A stretch of DNA of 64,000 nucleotides from Candidatus Hermodarchaeota archaeon (GCA_048885525.1 JBHLLP010000014.1:17719-81718); one strand, 5' to 3'; positions 27,587-39,113 are shown, numbered from the stretch's first letter. Numbers and translations are program-made. The notes: generated from the sequence alone by a model not told the origin.

Positions 27587-28873
27587 GTGAGTATGAGTAA
27601 AAATAACTTGCAACACCCATCAAAGGATATTATTGAAAGTAAGGGTACTATTCTTAGAGGAAAAACAGTCTGTATGTGCTTAACGGGTTCGGTGGCTGTA
27701 ATATCTACTCCAATCGTAGCCCGAGAACTTATGAGAATGGGCGCTGAAGTAATATGCGTTATGTCCAAAGCTGCAACAGAATTAATAAATCCATCTTTAA
27801 TGGAATGGGCAACAGGAAATAAAGTTATCACTAAAGTAACTGGAGCTGTTGAACATATTTACCTCGCAGGAGATAGGCCTTCAAGCGTAGGGAAAGCTGA
27901 TTTAATATTAATATGTCCCGCAACCGCAAATACAATTTCAAAAATAGCAAATGGAATTGATGATACTCCAGTTACTACAGTAGCATCAACAGCATTTGGA
28001 TCATCAATACCAATCGTAATTGTACCTGCAATGCACGAAAGTATGTATAAACATCCCATCTTAGCAAAAAATGAGCAAAAATTACGCGATTGCGGAGTTG
28101 AAATTCTAGGTCCTAGAATTTCTGAAGGAAAAGCTAAAATAGCTAGAATTGACGATATAATTGATAGGGTAATAGATTTATTAGTTACAAAGAAAGATTT
28201 AGATGGAAAGAAAATTCTTATTACTGCTGGACCAACAAGAGAAGCAATAGATTCAGTAAGATTTGTTTCCAATAAGTCATCAGGAAGAATGGGGATTGAA
28301 TTAGCCAAAGAAGCCTCTGCTAGAGGTGCTGACGTAACTTTAGTTGCTGGTGAATGTATGGCAAAACTTCCTAATTATCTAAAAATAAGACATGTAGTCT
28401 CAACCGATGATTTTATAGATGCCGTTAAAGATGAAATCTCACTAAATAATTATGATTTTTTCATTTCAGCTGCGGCTGTAAGTGATTATAAACCAATTGA
28501 ATGCATTGAGGGAAAAATTTCATCTGATAATGTAGAAACATTACAGTTAAATATGAAATTAACTCCAAAAATAATAAATGTTGCTAGAAAGAAAGATTAC
28601 AATTTATTTATTGTAGCATTTAAAGCGGAAACCAACGTTTCTAAGAGTGAACTAATCGAACGTGCTTATAATAGACTCATTAAATCTGAAGTTGACCTAA
28701 TTGTTGCAAATGATATTGGTAGAAGAGATATAGGTTTCAGCAGTAAATATAACGAGGTATTTATTATAGATAAAAAAAAACATATTACTCATGTTGAGAG
28801 AAACACTAAACGATACATTGCTTCGAGAATAATTGATGTAGCTCTACAGACTTATCAAACAAGAAGTAAATAG
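27587..28873 (+). CDS. coaBC: bifunctional phosphopantothenoylcysteine decarboxylase/synthetase
   Basis: TGSVA, PATANTISK, PAMHESM, TAGPTRE.ID.VRFVSNKSSGRMG, AAVSDY, FKAET. Confidence 0.95.
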   Translation: MSMSKNNLQHPSKDIIESKGTILRGKTVCMCLTGSVAVISTPIVARELMRMGAEVICVMSKAATELINPSLMEWATGNKVITKVTGAVEHIYLAGDRPSSVGKADLILICPATANTISKIANGIDDTPVTTVASTAFGSSIPIVIVPAMHESMYKHPILAKNEQKLRDCGVEILGPRISEGKAKIARIDDIIDRVIDLLVTKKDLDGKKILITAGPTREAIDSVRFVSNKSSGRMGIELAKEASARGADVTLVAGECMAKLPNYLKIRHVVSTDDFIDAVKDEISLNNYDFFISAAAVSDYKPIECIEGKISSDNVETLQLNMKLTPKIINVARKKDYNLFIVAFKAETNVSKSELIERAYNRLIKSEVDLIVANDIGRRDIGFSSKYNEVFIIDKKKHITHVERNTKRYIASRIIDVALQTYQTRSK

Positions 28874-29128
28874 ATCTCTCGTATATAATCTATTTAAAAA
28901 CCTTTGTTTGAGAAATCGTTAATCTTTTTCATATTTATTTTTGAATGAAAATATTTAAATATCAAGTTGTTTACTGTAAAAAGTGAGGAAAAAGTTAAAG
29001 TTTGAGCAGATAAAGAATACCTAGAAATTAGGAATAATATCTAAAATCGTATTCTTTAATTAATTTAGTAATAAAAGGATATATATTAATAATATGTTTT
29101 AATTAAGATTGATTAAGAAATTACTTTT

Positions 29129-32100
29129 TTGAGTGCGTTTAAAATTACATCAAAAGAAGAAGGAAAAATTAAACAAGGAACCATCGCAGAATATATGCGT
29201 AAGAGGACTCAGTTAGTTGGTTTTGAGTTTGGTTATTGGAAACATGTCCAGTATTGTGCTGAATTTATTGATAATGCATTGGATGCCATTGAAAGTTTTC
29301 AATGGAAAGAATTACAAAAACCAGATTCTAAAATCAAATTTTCACTAGATCAAGAACTTTTTCTGGAGAAATTCTCTATTCTTGAGGCTGCCAAGGAAGA
29401 AAAAAGATCTCAGCACTTAGATAACGAAGCAAAACATACTTTAATGCAAGAATTAGGTATTGAATCTAATGAATCCCCCATTACTATTCCTGAAGAAACA
29501 GAAATTAGAGAAGAGGAATCTGGAGAAATAACTGATAAAGAAGAATTAGAAATTGAGGAGGAAGTTAAAAGAATAATTGATGATATGCAAGAGATCATTA
29601 AACCTGTTGAATTTATTATTGATGTAGAACCTATTGTAATTGTTCGTATTAGGGAATATGAAGCTCCTTCATTTTTAACATCTGAAATTAGCCAGAAAAA
29701 TATTATGAGCTATACTTTTGAAATTTTTGATAATGGTACAGGAATGTCAAAAATCGATTTAAAAAAATTTGGCCGATATCTTGCCTCCTCAAAATCTATG
29801 GAATTAAAACAAACTAGAGGAAGTCAAGGATTTGGTGCACCAAGTGCTTTCAGTGATGCTCAAAATACAACGGGTAAACCAGTTATTACAGTTTCAAAAT
29901 CCAGTGACCAAGTGTATGCAATTTGCTCAGAATTTTTCACTACTTCTAAAAATGAAAAAAAATATTTAATCCATCCAACTGAAATTGATAGTCCCTTCTT
30001 ACATGGTACTTACATCAAACTCAATTATTTAAATGTAAAGTATGTTAGAGGTTATGTTGAAAAATATATTGAAGAGACTGCATTTATGAATCCTCATGTT
30101 ACAATTATATATATTGATCCTGATGGAAAAGAAAAAATTTACCGAAGATTAGCTACTTCTTTCCCACCAGAACCTAAATATGCCAAACCTCATCCTTCAT
30201 CTGTTAATATAGGAGATCTACAAGATTTGATTACAAAATCAGAAAATAAATCCATTTCAGCATTTTTACAGGATAATTTTGTAAGAATGAGTTCAAAAAT
30301 AGCCAAAGAAATTGTTGACATAGCCGAAAGAGATTTGCAAGACAAATTAAATTTACTAATATTAACAGATGGTTTTGTAAATGTAGTTAAGAAAAAAACA
30401 GATCAAATTTTTTTTATGCGAGATGAAAAAAGGATATATGGACGTTCTACTAAACCACGAGACAAATTAATAATTTACCAAGTTGATTCAGAAGAACTTA
30501 AAGAGAAATATGGGGAGTATATTTCAAATTATAATAGATATATTAAAGATTATGAAAAATCTAATAAAGAGATAAAGAAATTAAATAGTAGAATTGAAAA
30601 AACTGCAACTAAAAAAGAGATCAATGCTATCGAAAAAGAAATTAAAAAATTTTTAAGAAACATTGAGGATATTAGAAAAAAAAAGGACAAAGTTAAGGAA
30701 AATCTAAATAATCTTTTTAAAGATGTTAAGGATGGATTAATTGAACTTAAAAAATTTAAAAACAGAACAGATTTTGAAGATTTAGTCAATGAAGTTCAAC
30801 TTTCTAAAATAAAACCAGCTGATTTAACCAAGGAGCAATTTAATTCTCTGTTCCTTTCTTTCAAATCAATTAAGTATATGGCTCCTCCAACAGACACAGC
30901 AATTCCAGTAGGTGAATCAATTTTAGAAAATACTTTAATTAAAGAAATTGGTTTAAGAATTTCAGATAATATTGATGACTTTGAAACGCCTGTAGATACA
31001 ATTAGTACTATGACTGAATCATTGTATAAGGAACAAAAGGGTTTACTATTAAAAGAAGAAAAAAAGAGTGATCGTAGTGAAATAAGTAAAATTGAGATAG
31101 ATTCAGAAGAACTTATTAATTTAAATTCTGAGATATTAGGAACGATCGATATTATTGACGAAACTATTGATAAACAACAAATCAAACAAACAATAGATGA
31201 TCTTCTTATTTTTTCAGATATTGAATCGATCGATAGTTATCGTGAAGTATTTGATTATTTCCTTGAAAGTTTTACAAAAGATGATGATTTCGTTGCAGCA
31301 GAAACAAGATCACCTACAAGTGGAAAAGGATTAGCATATGTGGTTGAAGCAGTAATGGCTTATTCTAGAAATATTGAAATTCCTAAACGATCTAGAGATG
31401 TATTATCAAGATTCGTGAATAGAACTCCGAAATTAAGAGATAGTGCAGATTGTGCAATAACAAAAGCAGTTCAATCAGTTAATTGGAAGAATTATAATCT
31501 TGAAACATATGATAATAACTTACCAAAAGGACCAATTAAACTATTAGTTAACGTTTCTGGACCATTTGTCCATTTAATGTTTAAGTCACAATCAAAAAAT
31601 GCCCTAGCTGATGATGAGGATTTAATTAAAGAAATAAAATATTGTCTTGAAGCAATAGGGAGAAGACTAAGGGTATACATCAATAGAAGAGCTAGTATAC
31701 GTAAAAGTGAAAAGCGAGCTAGCTTGATAGAAAAATATATTCCCCCATTCGTTAAAAGTGTATACAATATTGCTTCCAAAGGGGAGAGTAAATTTAAGGC
31801 AAGATTGGACATTAAAGAAATTGAGGATTTAATGAAGGGGGCAATCGGTAAGAAGTCAGTTCCAGTTACCCCACAAGATTTGAAATCCAAAAAGCCTGAA
31901 ATTAAAGAAGTAGAAATTGAAAAAGAAGAAATAAAGGAAGTTGAGGCCATTGAAAAAGAGGCTCCTATTGTAAAAAAAATTTCTATTGAAAAACCGAAAC
32001 CAGAGAAAGAATTAATTTCGAAAAAAACTTTACTTAATTGGACAGTAAAAGAACTTAAAGATTATTGTAAAAAACATGATATTACAGTACTCTCAAAAGA

Positions 32101-32497
32101 TAGGAAAAATGAAATCATTGAAAAGATTTTAGATTCATTTACCACTAAAAGAGTAATAAAGAAACCAGAAATAATTGAACCTATAGTTTCAGAAATCATT
32201 ACAGAAAAACCAAAACCTTTAATAACTTCTGCTCCGAAAAGACTTACACCAATTACAACTCAAAAAACACGTTCAAAACCAAAATCAACTCAAACGACTT
32301 TACCCATCATTACTACGGATAAAATAATTTCTGTATTATCAAATGAATGGCAAACTATAAAACATCTTATTTTTAAATTAAAAATTAAAGAAATGATGGA
32401 TGCTCGATACCTTCAGTTGAAATTGAAAGAACTGGAACGTAAAGGGCAAGTGTTAGTTGAACTTAAAATGGGTAGAAAACATTGGAAATTGAAATAA
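29129..32497 (+). CDS. top6B: DNA topoisomerase VI subunit B, enlarged by insertions and a C-terminal extension
   Basis: GHKL motifs EFIDNALDA, DNGTGM, RGSQGFG; KPHP; RFVNRTP; FKSQSK; adjacent to top6A. Confidence 0.92.
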   Translation: MSAFKITSKEEGKIKQGTIAEYMRKRTQLVGFEFGYWKHVQYCAEFIDNALDAIESFQWKELQKPDSKIKFSLDQELFLEKFSILEAAKEEKRSQHLDNEAKHTLMQELGIESNESPITIPEETEIREEESGEITDKEELEIEEEVKRIIDDMQEIIKPVEFIIDVEPIVIVRIREYEAPSFLTSEISQKNIMSYTFEIFDNGTGMSKIDLKKFGRYLASSKSMELKQTRGSQGFGAPSAFSDAQNTTGKPVITVSKSSDQVYAICSEFFTTSKNEKKYLIHPTEIDSPFLHGTYIKLNYLNVKYVRGYVEKYIEETAFMNPHVTIIYIDPDGKEKIYRRLATSFPPEPKYAKPHPSSVNIGDLQDLITKSENKSISAFLQDNFVRMSSKIAKEIVDIAERDLQDKLNLLILTDGFVNVVKKKTDQIFFMRDEKRIYGRSTKPRDKLIIYQVDSEELKEKYGEYISNYNRYIKDYEKSNKEIKKLNSRIEKTATKKEINAIEKEIKKFLRNIEDIRKKKDKVKENLNNLFKDVKDGLIELKKFKNRTDFEDLVNEVQLSKIKPADLTKEQFNSLFLSFKSIKYMAPPTDTAIPVGESILENTLIKEIGLRISDNIDDFETPVDTISTMTESLYKEQKGLLLKEEKKSDRSEISKIEIDSEELINLNSEILGTIDIIDETIDKQQIKQTIDDLLIFSDIESIDSYREVFDYFLESFTKDDDFVAAETRSPTSGKGLAYVVEAVMAYSRNIEIPKRSRDVLSRFVNRTPKLRDSADCAITKAVQSVNWKNYNLETYDNNLPKGPIKLLVNVSGPFVHLMFKSQSKNALADDEDLIKEIKYCLEAIGRRLRVYINRRASIRKSEKRASLIEKYIPPFVKSVYNIASKGESKFKARLDIKEIEDLMKGAIGKKSVPVTPQDLKSKKPEIKEVEIEKEEIKEVEAIEKEAPIVKKISIEKPKPEKELISKKTLLNWTVKELKDYCKKHDITVLSKDRKNEIIEKILDSFTTKRVIKKPEIIEPIVSEIITEKPKPLITSAPKRLTPITTQKTRSKPKSTQTTLPIITTDKIISVLSNEWQTIKHLIFKLKIKEMMDARYLQLKLKELERKGQVLVELKMGRKHWKLK

Positions 32498-32507
32498 GGA
32501 GAAAAAA

Positions 32508-33695
32508 ATGACGAGAAAGCAAAATACTGAAGTTTTTGATTTACGAGCGGCAAAGGATTTATATTTAGAATATTTGGAAAGAGGAAAAGAGAAAAAGGAA
32601 ATTGATTTTCCACCAGATACAGTGAAAATTGATGATCTTAGTAAAAGAGAAACATTAGATCGTTTATATAAATTAGTTGATAAAGTTCTTGAAAAAGTTT
32701 ATACCTCTGGAAGACCCTCTATAGAATTGCCTTCCAGATCAGGTACAAACATCATCTGGGACGAAGAAAATGATTTATTATTACTAGGTAAACAAATAAT
32801 GGAAAAACAATTTCACTCACTTACTAGTGTGGCAGATATTACACGACTAATGAGGGTTTTAGAGGTTGTTTATGAACTTCTTAATGAAGACATACACGCC
32901 ACAAAAAGGGAAGTATTTTATACTGATGTTAATTTGTTTCAAGAACAAAAAAATAGCGATAAAAGTATTGAAGATGTAGCGACAATGTTATATACAACCA
33001 GAAATTCAACTCACATTGTAGCAGCTCCAAAAGGTACTTGTGTAGGAAGATTAAGAATTCGTGATAGAAACGATATTATTGATTTAGAAGGATTAGGGAG
33101 CGGTGGATGGACAATCTCACCGATGCTTGATAATATCGAAATAATTGAGTCCGATGCTGAATTTATTCTCGTCATAGAGAAGGATGCTGCGATGATGCGT
33201 TTAGCAGAAGCTAGATTTTGGAGAAAGTATCCTTGCATCCTGTTAACGGCTCAAGGTGTTGGAAATGTTGCAGTAAGAATGTTTTTGAAGAGACTAAGTA
33301 AAGAATTAAATCTTCCGGTGTTTAGTCTAGTTGATAGTGATCCTTACGGTCACTATATTCACTCAGTATATTTAAGAGGCTCTAAAAGATTAAGTTATGA
33401 ATCACCTTTTCTTGCTACACCAAATATAAAACTTTTAGGAGTTTTAACTAGAGATTTAGATAAATATAAAATTCCTCAAGAAGTTAGGATAAAGATGAAT
33501 AAGCAAGACGAAAAACGCACAAAAGATTTATTAAATGAAGATTTCGTAAAAAAAAATAAAGCTTGGGAAACAGATCTCAAGTTAGCTCTTAAACAAAAAA
33601 TAAAAGCAGAAATACAAGCATTCGCCTCTCATGGTTTTAAATTTTTAACAGATAAATACTTACCTGAAAAATTAACTACAGGTGATTGGATATGA
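32508..33695 (+). CDS. top6A: DNA topoisomerase VI subunit A
   Basis: ATKREVFY (catalytic Tyr), IEKDA, DSDPYG TOPRIM, KAEIQA. Confidence 0.96.
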   Translation: MTRKQNTEVFDLRAAKDLYLEYLERGKEKKEIDFPPDTVKIDDLSKRETLDRLYKLVDKVLEKVYTSGRPSIELPSRSGTNIIWDEENDLLLLGKQIMEKQFHSLTSVADITRLMRVLEVVYELLNEDIHATKREVFYTDVNLFQEQKNSDKSIEDVATMLYTTRNSTHIVAAPKGTCVGRLRIRDRNDIIDLEGLGSGGWTISPMLDNIEIIESDAEFILVIEKDAAMMRLAEARFWRKYPCILLTAQGVGNVAVRMFLKRLSKELNLPVFSLVDSDPYGHYIHSVYLRGSKRLSYESPFLATPNIKLLGVLTRDLDKYKIPQEVRIKMNKQDEKRTKDLLNEDFVKKNKAWETDLKLALKQKIKAEIQAFASHGFKFLTDKYLPEKLTTGDWI

Positions 33696-34204
33696 GAATC
33701 TTTAAAAAGAAAGATGGGGGAGTCGTACAACTAATTGATAAAGAGGATATGAAAGAATGGCCAATTGAATTGCCTTTACTTTTCATTGAATATATAAGAA
33801 CTAAACAATTGGATAATTATGGGAGTGCTAAAAAGGAAGTTGAGACGTATCTCGATGAAATTATGACAGATGTAGCGATCCCTAGATTAGTGAGTGTTTT
33901 GGAAGGAGATGATGCTGAAAAAATAATACTAGCTCTAACTCGGATTGAAGAAATTTCGAAAAAAGATATTGAAATGGCAAAACCAATAAAGAAATATCTG
34001 AATTATCTTTTAGAGAAAAATGATAAGCAGATTGTGAAATTGGCCCAAGCTATTTCGAAAAATTTTGAAAATGCTAAAAGAAAGAAAGATTTAACGAAAA
34101 AAAGGAATAGCATGCGTGAAAAAGAAAAGTTATTCCTTGAAGGCAAAATTAGTGGAGAAGAATATGCTAAAGCGAGAAAAGAGTATTTAACATTAAAAGA
34201 GTAA
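33692..34204 (+). CDS. hypothetical helical protein (HEAT-like plus SHOCT-like C-terminus)
   Basis: ATGA overlap with the top6A stop, GGTGA SD; C-terminal LFLEGKISGEEY. Confidence 0.6.
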   Translation: MRIFKKKDGGVVQLIDKEDMKEWPIELPLLFIEYIRTKQLDNYGSAKKEVETYLDEIMTDVAIPRLVSVLEGDDAEKIILALTRIEEISKKDIEMAKPIKKYLNYLLEKNDKQIVKLAQAISKNFENAKRKKDLTKKRNSMREKEKLFLEGKISGEEYAKARKEYLTLKE

Positions 34205-34214
34205 TATTTATATT

Positions 34215-34889
34215 ATGAATTGGGAAAATGAAAAGGATCACTTTCATAATTTCATATTAAATAATAAAATTATTGGATTTTTTAGAGAACCTTTATTATT
34301 AAAGTCAGGTAGACTATCTTCTTGGTATATAAATTGGAGGAATATAGCTTCTGATGTTTACTTACTCGATCAATTAACAGATTATATAATATTATTTATT
34401 GATTATTTAGGTTTAAACCCAGTATGCTTTTATGGCGTTCCAGAAGGGGCTACAAAGTTAGGAATTATCACCCAATATAAATGGGCAAGAAGACAGAAGA
34501 ATTATAATTCTGGAAGTCACCCTTTAGCTATGGGTAGAGGTAAACAAAAAGAACATGGAGATCCGAAAGATAGATTTTTTGTTGGAATACCTAAAGGAGA
34601 AACTATTATTCTTGAAGATGTAACAACAACGGGAGAATCTTTAATTGCTACAATTAGGAAATTGAGGGAATTGAATGTAGCAATAATTGCTGCTATTGGA
34701 TTAACAAATAGAAACGAATTAAGAGATGATGGAAAGAGTGTTGAAGAGATAGTAAAAGAACAAAACATCCAGTATTATGCAATGAGCAATGCAGTTGATT
34801 TAATACCTAGAATCCATATGAATGAAGATATTAAAAAAAAAATTAAAGAATACTTCAAAAAATATGGGTCTAAACAATTAAATCTATAA
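34215..34889 (+). CDS. pyrE: orotate phosphoribosyltransferase
   Basis: LKSGRLSSWY, K.HG, PRPP loop ILEDVTTTGES. Confidence 0.88.
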   Translation: MNWENEKDHFHNFILNNKIIGFFREPLLLKSGRLSSWYINWRNIASDVYLLDQLTDYIILFIDYLGLNPVCFYGVPEGATKLGIITQYKWARRQKNYNSGSHPLAMGRGKQKEHGDPKDRFFVGIPKGETIILEDVTTTGESLIATIRKLRELNVAIIAAIGLTNRNELRDDGKSVEEIVKEQNIQYYAMSNAVDLIPRIHMNEDIKKKIKEYFKKYGSKQLNL

Positions 34890-34926
34890 TGTATCTTACC
34901 TAATGTAATTTTAAAAATTTTTTTGC

Positions 34927-35490
34927 TTAAAAAAAATCTCTCCATATTTTAATGAGATTGTATAAATAAGTGTAAAGTAATTTTTCAGAGTATGTTAATC
35001 TTCTCTCATCATCTAAAGATAATTCAGCCATAGATAATTTTAATAGTTTTAATAACCTACTATCAATAATATTGGAACTATATGAATTATATCTATCTAA
35101 ATCTATTTTAGGTTTATTATTTTTAATTACTTCCATTTCCATGATTTGTTTGAATACTTTTATCTTGTTTAGAAAATAATTATTAGTCCTTTTGATTAAT
35201 TTAAGGTCATCTCTCTCACCTATAGCATAACGCTGAACATCAATATTATCACATTTTTCAGCAGGGCTTACTTTTAAAATATCTCTTTCTATGAATGGAA
35301 TCGCAGAAAATAACTTTATTCTATATTTTTTACCTTTTTCAAAAGGTCCGAACCACTCTCCTAATAGAGAAAAAGCTTCAAAATCCTTAATACATTCGGT
35401 TACAACTATTTCATTTTTGAAGATAAAGTTTAACCTACTCAAAGAATTTAATAAGCGTTCGCCAATTACTTCCAATAATAAATTCACCAC
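34927..35490 (-). CDS. gins23: GINS complex subunit Gins23 (Psf2/Psf3-like)
   Basis: N-terminal B domain FGPFEKG...LFSA, then helical A domain R LLKLLK...LTYSEK.LY...W; near mcm. Confidence 0.7.
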   Translation of the reverse strand: MVNLLLEVIGERLLNSLSRLNFIFKNEIVVTECIKDFEAFSLLGEWFGPFEKGKKYRIKLFSAIPFIERDILKVSPAEKCDNIDVQRYAIGERDDLKLIKRTNNYFLNKIKVFKQIMEMEVIKNNKPKIDLDRYNSYSSNIIDSRLLKLLKLSMAELSLDDERRLTYSEKLLYTYLYNLIKIWRDFF

Positions 35491-35581
35491 ATTTAATAAA
35501 TTAAAAAGTCTTTATATACTATACAATAGTAATTCAAGAGAAATAAACATAATATTATTTATTTAATAAAATGCAAACCTC

Positions 35582-38500
35582 GTGAAAATTTTGGTAATAG
35601 AGATAATATTGCTTATAGTCTTTATCACTTTGTTTTTATTTGGATTTTATATAATATATAAACAAGTTGCATTAGTTAAAAAGGGAGAATTCAGCAATAA
35701 AGACCGATTTCAATGCTTATTTTATGGCCTTATCTTTAGTTTATCTATTATGGTAGTTTTTACTGTAGCTGTCATTTTTACTGTAAGAAGCCCTGATTTT
35801 TGGGACCCAGAAACAACGCCTCCTGATGTTCATCCTCTAGCATTATTAATACCGTTTATCTGTTGTTTAATTTATGTCACTTTTTATCCTATTATCGATT
35901 TCCTTTTCATTGCTTTAAGTAAAGAATCTGATGAAGGATTAACACCGTTTCACAAATTTATAAGAAACAAGATAATTAATACCTCAAGTAATAAATATAC
36001 AAACGTATTAATTGCTTTAGCTTTTTTCCTCTTAGTTTTTGTTCTCCCGCCTATTTTATTGTCAATAGTAGGTCTACCTTTTATTATGATTTGGATAACT
36101 TGGAGTCTTGTTTATCCAATAATGATATTAACTTTTTATGGATCCAAGGGATATATAGCGGGAATTTCAGATACTTATTATCATATTCCTGATGTAAGAA
36201 GATCAATTTTTCTTAATTTTGAGAATGCCAAGAGAGGATTAAACCAATTTAAATCTGAACCGGGATATTATATCATTTTAGGAATAATGATTTTTGTCTT
36301 TATATGGGCTTGGATTTCGTTATTCCAAACAATTGCTTTTTTCTTTATGTGTATCACACTTTCTATATGTTCATTGGCAATATCAACAATGTCTTCTGCT
36401 TTTGTCTTTGTTACTTTATTTTTTGGAATTATTGGATACTTTACTCGTTTTTGGAGTAGGAAAATAAAATATAGAGGGATTGATATATATTTTGCTGCTT
36501 ATTTAATGGCTTCTATAGGAATCAATGTTTTAGTTAATTTCTTAATAGTTAATCCCGATAAATTGCTATTTACTTTTAACTTATGGGTCTTCACCAATCA
36601 AATTGTTCCAAATTATGTTATGTTTGCTTGGGCTGCTGTTATTGAAGAAATTGTGTTAGTAGTTTTTACTTCTTACTTTTTTTTGGCAAGAAATAATGAA
36701 TTTATTACTAATATTAAATATTCTAAAATTACTAAATCAGGTCAAACTTTTGATCCAATTCCACTATTTAATTTAATTAACCATCCTAGTAACAAAATAA
36801 GAGAACATGCAGAACAAACATTGACACTAATGTTTGAAAGAATTCCTTTAAAAAGTGAAATTGACCTTAATAAATGGAAATTTAAAAATTCCTTGCTAGA
36901 TGGTATAAGTGGATATAATCCAAACTCAAGACATATTTGTAAAAAAATCTTAATTCAACTAGAAAAAGATATTCCAGAGAAAATATTACCTTGGATAATA
37001 GAAGCATTAGAATCTCCAAATTATGATAAATGCATTCCTATTACAAAAACGCTTTTAAATGCAAATATAGATTTTGTTGAAAAAGTACCTAAAGATTTAA
37101 TTATTAACTTAATTGAAGATTCAGAATGGAGATTAAAATTATTAGGAATTAAAATTTTTAAAAGACTACTAAAGAAAAATAGTGATTTGATTCTTAAATT
37201 AGATATTAATAAATTAATTAATGACCCAAATAGTAGGATACAAGTAGAAATTTTAAACCTTTTAGCAGAATCTTCTTACATAATTCCTATAGATACAATA
37301 ATTGAAAAAATTTTTCATATTAATAATGAAATTAGCGCAGCAGCAATTAAGAACCTAAAAAATCTTAATTTAAAAGAAATCGATAAAAAAATAATTTCTA
37401 AAATTATTCCTCTGATGAAAGATCCATCTAGTTCTGTTAGAGCATCAATTTTTGAGGTTTTGGTAAAAATAGGTAAATTTAAGAAAAACAATATTCCAAT
37501 ATTACCTTTTTTTGATGGATTAAGTGATTCAAATGAAGAAACTCGACAAGCAGCCATAAATGTACTGGAAAAGTATTTTGAAGAGGAACCCGGTTTGCTC
37601 GATATTGATTATATGATTAATAAAATCGATCCAAATAATTTTGAGGCATTAAATAGCTTAGTTTCACTTCTTGGAAGATTGTGGAAATATAATCCCAATA
37701 AAATATTAAATATTTTATTAATATTTATAAAATTTGAAAATAATCCTTTAAGAAAGACTATTTCAAATATTTTAATAGAAAATCATGCTGAAAATCCTGA
37801 ATTAATAGTTCAGAACTTAATTAAAATCCCAGATGTTACTAAATATATAACAAGAGGAATTATCTCACAAACCCTAATTAATATTGGTAAAAAAAATCCA
37901 AAGAATATAATCCTAAGCTTACTAAATTATCTTGATGATGAAAATGATGATATAAGATTAAATGCTCTTAATTCAATAGATGGCTTGATTGAACAATTTG
38001 TTGATTATAGTAATTTGAAACCAATCCTATTACAATTACGGAAAGATAAGAACAAACAAGAAAAGAAAATTGCCTCACGTATTATCTCAAAAATAGCTCA
38101 AAAAGATTCTTCTCTATTAAAACCTTATATTTCTGAATTCTTACAGATATTAGCTAAACAAGAGTTATCTGTGAGAATTTTTCTTATTAAATCTCTATTA
38201 GATATTGCTAAAGATTCTCCAGACCTTATTCCTATCAAAGAAATTTTAAATTTTCTTAACGATCAAGATTCATTTATCCGGGAAACTAGTGCGAAAATTC
38301 TAGGGTATATTGGATATAAACTTCCAATTTCAGTTATCGACGCTTTAATTAATAGAGCATCTAATGATGATGAATGGATCGTTAGAGAGGCTGCTGTAAC
38401 AAGTTTAGGTGAAATAATTAATCATGTTGATAATAAGGAAAAAATCATTGAAAAATTGGTATCTTTACTTAACGATGAGCAAAATTGGGTTCGAAGATCG

Positions 38501-38953
38501 GCTTTGAATATTTTATCAACTATTAAAGAGGTAAATAATTCTCATATTTCTCTTAATGATTTAATAAATAATCTTAGGAGTCCTGATCCAAAAGTTAGAG
38601 AAGCCTCAGCGGGATTGGTTCGAATATTTAGTAATCAAATAGATGAGATTTTTAATGATATAGTGATTTTATTGGAGGATGAATCAAAAGAAGTACGAGC
38701 TAGAGCTATTAATAGTTTTGTTGAAATAATACAAGATGTAGGACTTAAAAAGATCTTATCAAAATTATTACAAAATCTTAGTGATGAGGGTTCTATAGAA
38801 ACCCAGCGTTCAATTGCCCTAATTTTAGGACGAACAGCTAAATATGAAGATAAAGAACTTAAAAAACGAGTTATTTCTCTCTTAAAAATAAGATGTGAAA
38901 TGAGTCAAGATCCTATTATTTGTTCAACACTACAGCAACTAAAAGATGCTTAA
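35582..38953 (+). CDS. polytopic membrane protein fused to a long HEAT-repeat solenoid
   Basis: About 9-10 hydrophobic segments in aa 1-370, then repeated L.D....VR..A HEAT motifs (DPSSSVRAS, DDEWIVREAA, DEQNWVRRSA, SPDPKVREAS). Confidence 0.8.
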   Translation: MKILVIEIILLIVFITLFLFGFYIIYKQVALVKKGEFSNKDRFQCLFYGLIFSLSIMVVFTVAVIFTVRSPDFWDPETTPPDVHPLALLIPFICCLIYVTFYPIIDFLFIALSKESDEGLTPFHKFIRNKIINTSSNKYTNVLIALAFFLLVFVLPPILLSIVGLPFIMIWITWSLVYPIMILTFYGSKGYIAGISDTYYHIPDVRRSIFLNFENAKRGLNQFKSEPGYYIILGIMIFVFIWAWISLFQTIAFFFMCITLSICSLAISTMSSAFVFVTLFFGIIGYFTRFWSRKIKYRGIDIYFAAYLMASIGINVLVNFLIVNPDKLLFTFNLWVFTNQIVPNYVMFAWAAVIEEIVLVVFTSYFFLARNNEFITNIKYSKITKSGQTFDPIPLFNLINHPSNKIREHAEQTLTLMFERIPLKSEIDLNKWKFKNSLLDGISGYNPNSRHICKKILIQLEKDIPEKILPWIIEALESPNYDKCIPITKTLLNANIDFVEKVPKDLIINLIEDSEWRLKLLGIKIFKRLLKKNSDLILKLDINKLINDPNSRIQVEILNLLAESSYIIPIDTIIEKIFHINNEISAAAIKNLKNLNLKEIDKKIISKIIPLMKDPSSSVRASIFEVLVKIGKFKKNNIPILPFFDGLSDSNEETRQAAINVLEKYFEEEPGLLDIDYMINKIDPNNFEALNSLVSLLGRLWKYNPNKILNILLIFIKFENNPLRKTISNILIENHAENPELIVQNLIKIPDVTKYITRGIISQTLINIGKKNPKNIILSLLNYLDDENDDIRLNALNSIDGLIEQFVDYSNLKPILLQLRKDKNKQEKKIASRIISKIAQKDSSLLKPYISEFLQILAKQELSVRIFLIKSLLDIAKDSPDLIPIKEILNFLNDQDSFIRETSAKILGYIGYKLPISVIDALINRASNDDEWIVREAAVTSLGEIINHVDNKEKIIEKLVSLLNDEQNWVRRSALNILSTIKEVNNSHISLNDLINNLRSPDPKVREASAGLVRIFSNQIDEIFNDIVILLEDESKEVRARAINSFVEIIQDVGLKKILSKLLQNLSDEGSIETQRSIALILGRTAKYEDKELKKRVISLLKIRCEMSQDPIICSTLQQLKDA

Positions 38954-39113
38954 TTTTGTGATTTCCTTTTACAGAAATTTAAACAATAATTCAATAAATC
39001 TCACAACAGTCTCTTTTTTTAATTTCTCCATATTTTCTCTTTAATAAAATATGTCATTAATATTAAGAATTAAAAAATTACAAAAAATAATTTAGGCATA
39101 TCAGAAAAAATAA

